Below are positions 50,513 through 55,698 of a stretch of 55,698 nucleotides of DNA, piece by piece. The stretch covers positions 1 through 55,698 of the forward strand of contig DASTLN010000226.1 in the NCBI GenBank assembly GCA_035714925.1. The letters are read 5' to 3'. Numbering within the stretch: the stretch's first letter is position 1; every line of letters begins with the position of its first letter. Both the position numbers and the translations under genes were made by a program. Source of the stretch: Dehalococcoidia bacterium (GTDB lineage Bacteria; Chloroflexota; Dehalococcoidia; DSTF01; WHTK01). Below the pieces are notes generated by a model. It was not told the DNA's origin. It did not search any database and was given only the letters and a program-made list of their open reading frames with translations.

Positions 50513-50682
50513 GCGGGTTATGCCTCCTTGCCTCTGCTATAGGTTTCGTCGCCGGGCCCCCGAACCTTGAGTCAGGGAAGACCACGAAACCGCTATCGGC
50601 GACACAGAGAGAGACGGCGGTTGAAAACCTCTCTCTTTTGCCCCGCCGTCGTTTGTTGTGCGCCTGCCGTCAGCCGGTTCAA

Positions 50683-51366
50683 TCAGCTCTGGGGAGCCTT
50701 TGTCGAAACTCCGGCAGCAGCGAACGATGCGGCTCTCGCGTTCGTCGCCTCGATCATGTGACGCGGGATCGCTTTCGGGCCGCCCAGGCCGTACGCGTAG
50801 AGGCAGATTTCGGCCGCCTCTTCTACCGTGATGTTGGCTCGCACGGCGCCACCCAGCGAGTCAGCGAAGACCAACACGCCGTGGTTCTCCAGCAGGACGC
50901 CTTTGATACCCTGGTGCCCGTTCAGCACCTCGGCGATGTTGTTAATCGATTCGTCCGAGCCCCTCGGGCCGTACTTGGCCAGCGGTACACCATCCACCAT
51001 CCCGTTTCGCACCAGCGCCTCATAGGCGCTCGGGATTGCCTTACCCGCCACGGCGAAACCCGTCGCGAAAGGCGAATGCGTGTGGATGACGCTGGAAAAC
51101 TCGGGACGCTGCCGGTAAACGATGCCGTGCATCTGAATGATCTCGGCGCCAACCGGCATCACCGTGCCCTCGATCAACGTACCGTCCAGCTTGAACAGCG
51201 CGATGTTTTCGGGCTCCATCGTCGCGAGCGAGCCGCCCGCCGTGAGCAGGAACGCATCCTGGTCCGGGAGCCTCATGCTCACATTGCCGTGCAGACTCTT
51301 CGTCATGATTCCGCTCTGCACGATTTGCTGCGTGGCCTCAATGACCTCTTTCTTGTAGTTGGCCAT
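50683..51366 (-). CDS. Class II aldolase/adducin family protein
   Basis: HGNVSMRL...LLTAGG...SVIHTHSP fits the class II aldolase pattern. ATG at 51366 (MANYKK) has GGAGG upstream. Confidence 0.8.
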   Translation of the reverse strand: MANYKKEVIEATQQIVQSGIMTKSLHGNVSMRLPDQDAFLLTAGGSLATMEPENIALFKLDGTLIEGTVMPVGAEIIQMHGIVYRQRPEFSSVIHTHSPFATGFAVAGKAIPSAYEALVRNGMVDGVPLAKYGPRGSDESINNIAEVLNGHQGIKGVLLENHGVLVFADSLGGAVRANITVEEAAEICLYAYGLGGPKAIPRHMIEATNARAASFAAAGVSTKAPQS

Positions 51367-51596
51367 GTTGGCTGTCGTCAAAGTAAGCCTCCTGGTACCA
51401 GCGGAGTACACGCTCACTAAGGACCTATAGGACGCTCGCAGTATGCTCAGCGGCCTTAACGGAGGGCAAGCTATGGAAATGTAACGTCTTAGCTTTGAAA
51501 AAGGCTTCAGCGCATTACGAAATCCGTGCAATGCGTAACAATCGGCCTCAAACCCCCCGGATCACTTCAGGAGTCATCACCCGCTAACCTGTAGAC

Positions 51597-52139
51597 ATGC
51601 GAATGAAGGCCATAGCAACCCTGCGCCCGATCTCCTCTGTCGTCGCCCTCTCGATCGCCGCCCTGCTCGTGGTCGCTACGCTGATCGCGGCCTGCGACTC
51701 CAACAGCGACCCGGAAATCACCACCGTAACCGTCAAGGGTGACACCCTGAGCATCCTCCAGCCGCTCGCCATCACCACCGCGGCTGGCAAGGACGTCGAA
51801 CTCACGGCGGAAGTCGCCGAGACGCCGGAGGAGCGCGCTCAGGGCCTCATGGGCCGGACGCGGCTGGCGCCGGACACCGGCATGCTCTTCGTCATCGAGC
51901 CGCCGGGGCGTGGCTTCTGGATGCGTGGCACCACGCTGGCGCTGACGGTGGCGTTTGTCGCTGAGTGCGGCGAGATCGTCGACTTCGCGGACCTCGAGCC
52001 GCTCTCGGAGGAGATCAAGAATACGGATCGTCCCTACGCGTTCGCGCTGGAGATGGAGCGCGGCTGGTTCACCACCAACGGCGTCGTGGCCGGCGACACC
52101 CTCCAGCTACCGCCTCGGCTGCGGCCGGACACTTGCTAA
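51597..52139 (+). CDS. DUF192 domain protein
   Basis: A signal/TM is followed by AEVAETPEERAQGLMGRTRLAPDTGMLFV....FWMRGTTLALTVAF...ALEMERGWF. Confidence 0.75.
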   Translation: MRMKAIATLRPISSVVALSIAALLVVATLIAACDSNSDPEITTVTVKGDTLSILQPLAITTAAGKDVELTAEVAETPEERAQGLMGRTRLAPDTGMLFVIEPPGRGFWMRGTTLALTVAFVAECGEIVDFADLEPLSEEIKNTDRPYAFALEMERGWFTTNGVVAGDTLQLPPRLRPDTC

Positions 52140-52213
52140 CCAGCTCGAAACCGGAACAACCGCGACCGGGCACACCTGCCCCGCTACGGTCGCTGCTCCC
52201 CGCTTGCCCCTTC

Positions 52214-52402
52214 TTAGCGCCGCACGAGCGGCAGAATAATGGCAAGCGCCAGCAGCGTCAGCAGGCCAAACCAGCCCGCCGCGATCAAGGTCGATGCCGT
52301 CAACCCGATCTGGTCCTGAAGGCTCTCCGCCGACGCGATCTGCGTCGCTGTCAGCAGCCCCGAGATACCTGCGATAAGCGAAATCAATCCTGGCTTTGCC
52401 AC
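52214..52402 (-). CDS. 62-aa two-helix membrane protein
   Basis: Hydrophobic segments LISLIAGISGLL and LIAAGWFGLLTLLALAIILPL are present. It starts 12 nt downstream of the ATPase gene on the same strand. Confidence 0.45.
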   Translation of the reverse strand: MAKPGLISLIAGISGLLTATQIASAESLQDQIGLTASTLIAAGWFGLLTLLALAIILPLVRR

Positions 52403-52414
52403 CGTCGTGTCTCC

Positions 52415-53389
52415 TTACACCTGGTTTCGAATGTGCTGGCGGTCCATCGTCACGAGTGTTGTTTCTTTCTCCTCCAGCGTTGTCTCTCCCGGCGAGCCGA
52501 TCTGGCGCAAACCACGGATCAAGCTGAGCGAACCTTGCAGGTCGGCCAGCAACTCGTCCACGGCGATTTCGAGCGGCCTCACCGGCGCGCCTCGCAGTTC
52601 GGCCGCCTCTTCGACGGGCGACGTCATCGCCACAGCCGCCGGCGCGGTGATCACCACCGGCGCGCGATTGAGGACGGTGCCCATCAGCCCGGCAGACGCG
52701 TCTCGCAACGTCGCGACGGCGCGCGTGGCGTCCTTCCGCTTCGTGTCTCCAGCCCGCAAGACGATCAACGTCACGTCCGCAAGGCGTGTCAGGTACGGCA
52801 GGTCGTCTGCCACCGCTGCAACGTCGAAGATGACGTAGTCCGCCAGCTCGCGCAGCCCGTCAACGACACGCGGCAGCCTCGACGATTGCAGCAGGCCGTC
52901 CGTCGTGCCGGTGATGCTCCCTGCCGGCAGCAGCTTGAGCCTCAGGTCCATTGTGTGGACCAGGGCGTTGCCCGGGCGTATCAGCTGATTTGTCAGCAGG
53001 CCGGCGAAACCACTCGAAGAGGTCCCGTCTCCTGGACGCCGCCTCGCGATTCGATTGACGTTCGCGTCCACCAGGATCGCCTTGCTGCCGCCGCGCGCCA
53101 ACAGCGTCGCCAGGTTCTTCGCCACCGTCGACTTGCCGGCACCGGCGACAGCGCTCGTGACGACGATCGTGCGGCCTCGCAGGTGAAACTCCGGCAGGCG
53201 CACCACGTCGGTCAGACGGCAGTAGGCTTCCAGCGCCTCCGGATACTCATCTCCCGGCAGGCGGGCTCCGGGCCGCGGCTCGAACTCGGAGATCGAGCCC
53301 AGCACCGGTATGCCAAGCTGCGCGGCGTCGTCGATGCTGCGCAGCATGCCGGGGCGCCGGCTAAAGAAGTTGTACGGGAGTCTTGGCAT
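52415..53389 (-). CDS. CpsD/CapB-like (BY-kinase-type, MinD/ParA superfamily) P-loop ATPase without C-terminal Tyr cluster
   Basis: Walker A is TSAVAGAGKSTVAKNLA, and Walker A'/B-like segments are ILVDANV and YVIFDVAAV. The C-terminal 80 aa contain no tyrosine. Confidence 0.7.
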   Translation of the reverse strand: MPRLPYNFFSRRPGMLRSIDDAAQLGIPVLGSISEFEPRPGARLPGDEYPEALEAYCRLTDVVRLPEFHLRGRTIVVTSAVAGAGKSTVAKNLATLLARGGSKAILVDANVNRIARRRPGDGTSSSGFAGLLTNQLIRPGNALVHTMDLRLKLLPAGSITGTTDGLLQSSRLPRVVDGLRELADYVIFDVAAVADDLPYLTRLADVTLIVLRAGDTKRKDATRAVATLRDASAGLMGTVLNRAPVVITAPAAVAMTSPVEEAAELRGAPVRPLEIAVDELLADLQGSLSLIRGLRQIGSPGETTLEEKETTLVTMDRQHIRNQV

Positions 53390-53506
53390 TCCGCAGCATC
53401 CCTATCTGAGCCATGCCCTGGCGAGCACAGCATGTGATTCCATTCACTGATAGAACGCGGCAGGTGGTGCGATATTTCGAAGCGACGCTGAGCGAAGCTG
53501 AGAAGC

Positions 53507-54124
53507 CTACTTATTCGATCGTCGGTGCTTCTCCTCGACCATGATCTCGTGCACGCGGCGCGCCGTCGCCTCAAGCTCCCCAGCGGCGTTGACGACCACG
53601 TGGTCGAACTGCGCCGCCGCCGCCATCTCGCTCTTGGCGATTTCCAGGCGCCGCTGCTGCGCTTCTTCCGTGTCGAGGCCGCGTCCCTGCATTCGGCGCG
53701 CCGTCTCCTCCACCGAGCCTGGCGAGATGAAGATCAGCAGCGCCTGGGGCAAGAGGCTCTTCAACGTCGCGGCGCCCTGCACGTCGAGCCGCGCGATCGC
53801 GTCGCGGCCGAACGCCATCGGGTCCTCGACCTCTATACGCGGCACGCCGTTGCGGTGGTCGTAAACGAAGGCGTGCTCAATGAAACCCCCCGTCGTTAGC
53901 AGCTCGTCGAACGTCTCTTCGCTGATGAAGTGATAGTCGCGCCCCTCGACTTCGCCGGGACGTGGACCACGCGTGGTGGCGGTGACGACGCGGTGCAAGC
54001 CCGGCTCCCACGCCAGCAGCAGATCACGGACCGAGTCCTTGCCCGCCCCGGACGGCCCGGACAGGATGACCAGCAAAGGCGGCTCGGCCGGCATCTCCGG
54101 CAGATCGTCGGGTCGCTCGCTCAT
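53507..54124 (-). CDS. gmk: Guanylate kinase
   Basis: LVILSGPSGAGKDSV and TTRGPRPGEVEGRDYHF match the guanylate kinase pattern. Confidence 0.92.
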   Translation of the reverse strand: MSERPDDLPEMPAEPPLLVILSGPSGAGKDSVRDLLLAWEPGLHRVVTATTRGPRPGEVEGRDYHFISEETFDELLTTGGFIEHAFVYDHRNGVPRIEVEDPMAFGRDAIARLDVQGAATLKSLLPQALLIFISPGSVEETARRMQGRGLDTEEAQQRRLEIAKSEMAAAAQFDHVVVNAAGELEATARRVHEIMVEEKHRRSNK

Positions 54125-54127
54125 GCG

Positions 54128-55459
54128 TCAGCCAGCGTACAGCGCCTCGCCGCTTAACGCCTGCCCCGTCTTCGCGTCCAGCACCTTCGCGCCGATACCG
54201 TCTGGCGGCGGGGTAGCCAGCTTGGCGAAGAAATTCGGGAACGTCTTCTCCACGCAGTTCGGGTTGCGAATCCGCATGCCCGGCACCTTCAGCCCCAGCG
54301 TCGCGAAGCACATCGCGATGCGGTGGTCGTCGTACGTGTCGATTTCAGCGCCGTGCAGCTCGGACGGGAAGACCTCCAGCGTGTCTCCCGCCTCGACCAC
54401 CCGCGCGCCGCACTTCGTCAGCTCCACGCGCAGCGCCGCCACGCGTTCCGACTCCTGGATCCGCAGCCGCCCCAGGTCGACGAACCGCGACGGCTGCGGC
54501 AGCAACGGCGCCATCACAATCGCCGTCATGATCGAGTCCCCCAGGTCACTCATCCGCGACAACGCCGAATAAGCCGTCTGACCCTCACCTATGCCCGTAT
54601 GCCCGTATGCCCGTATGCCTGCGCCATCGAACCTATCGAGATATGCCACGAACCGCGCATCAATCTGCCAGTCGCTGTCCGGCCACGACGCGACCTGGAG
54701 CTTCGTCTCCGGCAGCAGCGCCCCCGCCGCCAGGAAATAGCTCGCGCTGGAGCAGTCCGGCTCGATGCTCACCTCACCGCCGCCCCGCGGGAACGCCTCG
54801 ATCAGCTGCGACGTCATCGCCACGTAGGCCGACTCCTCAGCGTCCTCGCCAACGACCTCCACCTCCCACCCGCCAACGCCCGCCGCCAGCAGCAGCGCCG
54901 ATGCGAACTGTGAGCTCTCGTCGATGCTCACCGTGCAAGCGCGCTTCGGCGAGCCGCTTTCGCCGGACACAACCACCGGCAGCCGCCCCTTTTCGGCTTC
55001 GATTCGATATCCCAGCTGCCGCAGCGCGTCGATCAGCGCCCCCTGCGGCCGCTCGTGCATCCGCGCCGTCCCGTGCAGCCGGTACGCGCCACCGCCGAGG
55101 CACAGCATGGCCATCAGGAATCGCGCCACCGTCCCCGCGTTGCCAACGTAAATCTCCAGCGGCTCGCTTTGGGTCCCGGCGTTTGGGATCCGCCCACCCA
55201 GGCCGTCGACCGTAATCGTGCGGTTGCCTGCCTCGGCCGCGTCCGGCTCCACCCTGACGTTGAACCCCAGAGTACGCAGCGCCTCGACCATGATCTCGGT
55301 GTCTTCGCTCCACAGCGCGCCGCGCAGCGTCGTCGTCCCATCCGCCAGCGCCGCCAGCACCAGCGCCCGGTTCGTCAGGCTCTTTGATCCCGGCACCGTA
55401 ACCACCACCGGCGCCACCCGCTCCGGCGCCACAATCTCCACAACATCAGGCAGCGTCAT
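54128..55459 (-). CDS. aroA: 3-phosphoshikimate 1-carboxyvinyltransferase (EPSP synthase)
   Basis: VPGSKSLTNRALVLAALADG, LGNAGT-like VGNAGTVARF, RIQESERVAAL and DDHRIAMCF match the EPSP synthase pattern. Confidence 0.93.
   Translation of the reverse strand: MTLPDVVEIVAPERVAPVVVTVPGSKSLTNRALVLAALADGTTTLRGALWSEDTEIMVEALRTLGFNVRVEPDAAEAGNRTITVDGLGGRIPNAGTQSEPLEIYVGNAGTVARFLMAMLCLGGGAYRLHGTARMHERPQGALIDALRQLGYRIEAEKGRLPVVVSGESGSPKRACTVSIDESSQFASALLLAAGVGGWEVEVVGEDAEESAYVAMTSQLIEAFPRGGGEVSIEPDCSSASYFLAAGALLPETKLQVASWPDSDWQIDARFVAYLDRFDGAGIRAYGHTGIGEGQTAYSALSRMSDLGDSIMTAIVMAPLLPQPSRFVDLGRLRIQESERVAALRVELTKCGARVVEAGDTLEVFPSELHGAEIDTYDDHRIAMCFATLGLKVPGMRIRNPNCVEKTFPNFFAKLATPPPDGIGAKVLDAKTGQALSGEALYAG
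54590..54619 (+). repeat. (TATGCCCG) x 3.75 tandem octamer inside aroA
   Basis: Read directly at 54590-54619. On the coding strand it gives GCATACGG repeats translating to AGIRAYGHTGIG. Confidence 0.9.
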
Positions 55460-55698
55460 ACCAGACCCACGCCTCTACTGAGCGAAACGGCAGCAGGGGT
55501 AGCGGGGGCGCAGCCCATGCGCGGGGGGCCTGGGGGGCGTCCCCCCAGGCTTCCAACTAATGGGGGGTGGGGGCGGGCAGCGCGAGAGCGATGCAAAGCA
55601 AACGTGGCAGGCCTCAGGGACGTCACCTCATAGGAATGCGCGTGTCCCGGTCTAGTCGTCCTCATCTTCCATGAGCCGCCGCCGGCGCGCAGCCTCAC

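Noticed and set aside
30193-54619. CRISPR array
   Set aside because: The only repeats are 7-14-nt tandem units without spacers. Nothing has the 25-40-nt repeat and spacer periodicity of a CRISPR array.
55456-55698. 80-aa minus-strand ORF at the right edge
   Set aside because: The translation is Pro/Gly/Arg-rich and runs through the G6/C6 hairpin and repeat-like sequence. A different frame gives a plausible gene end (..RRRRLMEDEDD*), but it is too short to call.

Overview
This is a GC-rich bacterial chromosomal window. G+C was not computed. The lineage cannot be fixed from sequence alone, but the gene content would fit a Chloroflexota- or Actinomycetota-like organism. The left third (1 to about 17.6 kb, all + strand, many 1-4 nt gene overlaps) is a contractile injection system locus of the Afp/PVC (eCIS) phage-tail-derived type. 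In order it encodes a DUF4157 protein (5' partial), a DUF4255 cap-like protein, sheath, tube, and a P2 gpE-like tail assembly chaperone with a candidate -1 frameshift extension. These are followed by a 55-aa ORF, a second tube paralog, a Pro/Ala-rich protein in the tape-measure position, a LysM Afp7-like protein and a VgrG-like spike. The baseplate genes come next: gp25/GPW, baseplate J and a P2 gpI-like protein. No capsid, terminase, portal, lysis, tail-fibre, PAAR, AAA+ ATPase or recognisable toxin gene is visible in the window. In the position where fibres or effectors usually sit there is an unusual accessory module. It consists of a protein with a DUF4159-like C-terminal half and two tandem paralogous proteins, each with four Ig-like (CARDB/NEW3-like) domains, no signal peptide and a single C-proximal TM helix. 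The second paralog ends in an SH3b-like domain. This module is preceded by a near-consensus internal promoter in an AT-rich patch, and is followed by a convergent SARP/BTAD regulator and a membrane-anchored C39-like peptidase. My main hypothesis is a membrane- or cell-wall-tethered CIS variant. The remainder looks like ordinary chromosome. It holds a minus-strand envelope operon (MacB-like ABC ATPase and FtsX permease, small protein, BNR lipoprotein, CAP-domain lipoprotein, class-A-beta-lactamase-like serine hydrolase), a ferritin-like gene fragment, vapBC, a PAC2 gene and tRNA-Phe(GAA). Next is a respiratory and metal neighbourhood: cytochrome c oxidase II-III-I, cupredoxin, an SCO/TlpA-like thioredoxin-fold protein, a CDF-like transporter, CtaG and a NicO-type Ni/Co transporter. 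After that come a tandem Usp, TerC behind a yybP-ykoY Mn riboswitch, mtaB, an AmaP-like gene, scpB and DUF503. The right end has a histidine kinase with two response regulators, a second CAP protein, a class II aldolase, DUF192, a BY-kinase-like ATPase, gmk and aroA. Short pyrimidine-rich tandem hepta/octamer repeats recur in intergenic regions and once in frame inside aroA. All family assignments come from reading motifs in the translations; no database search was run.
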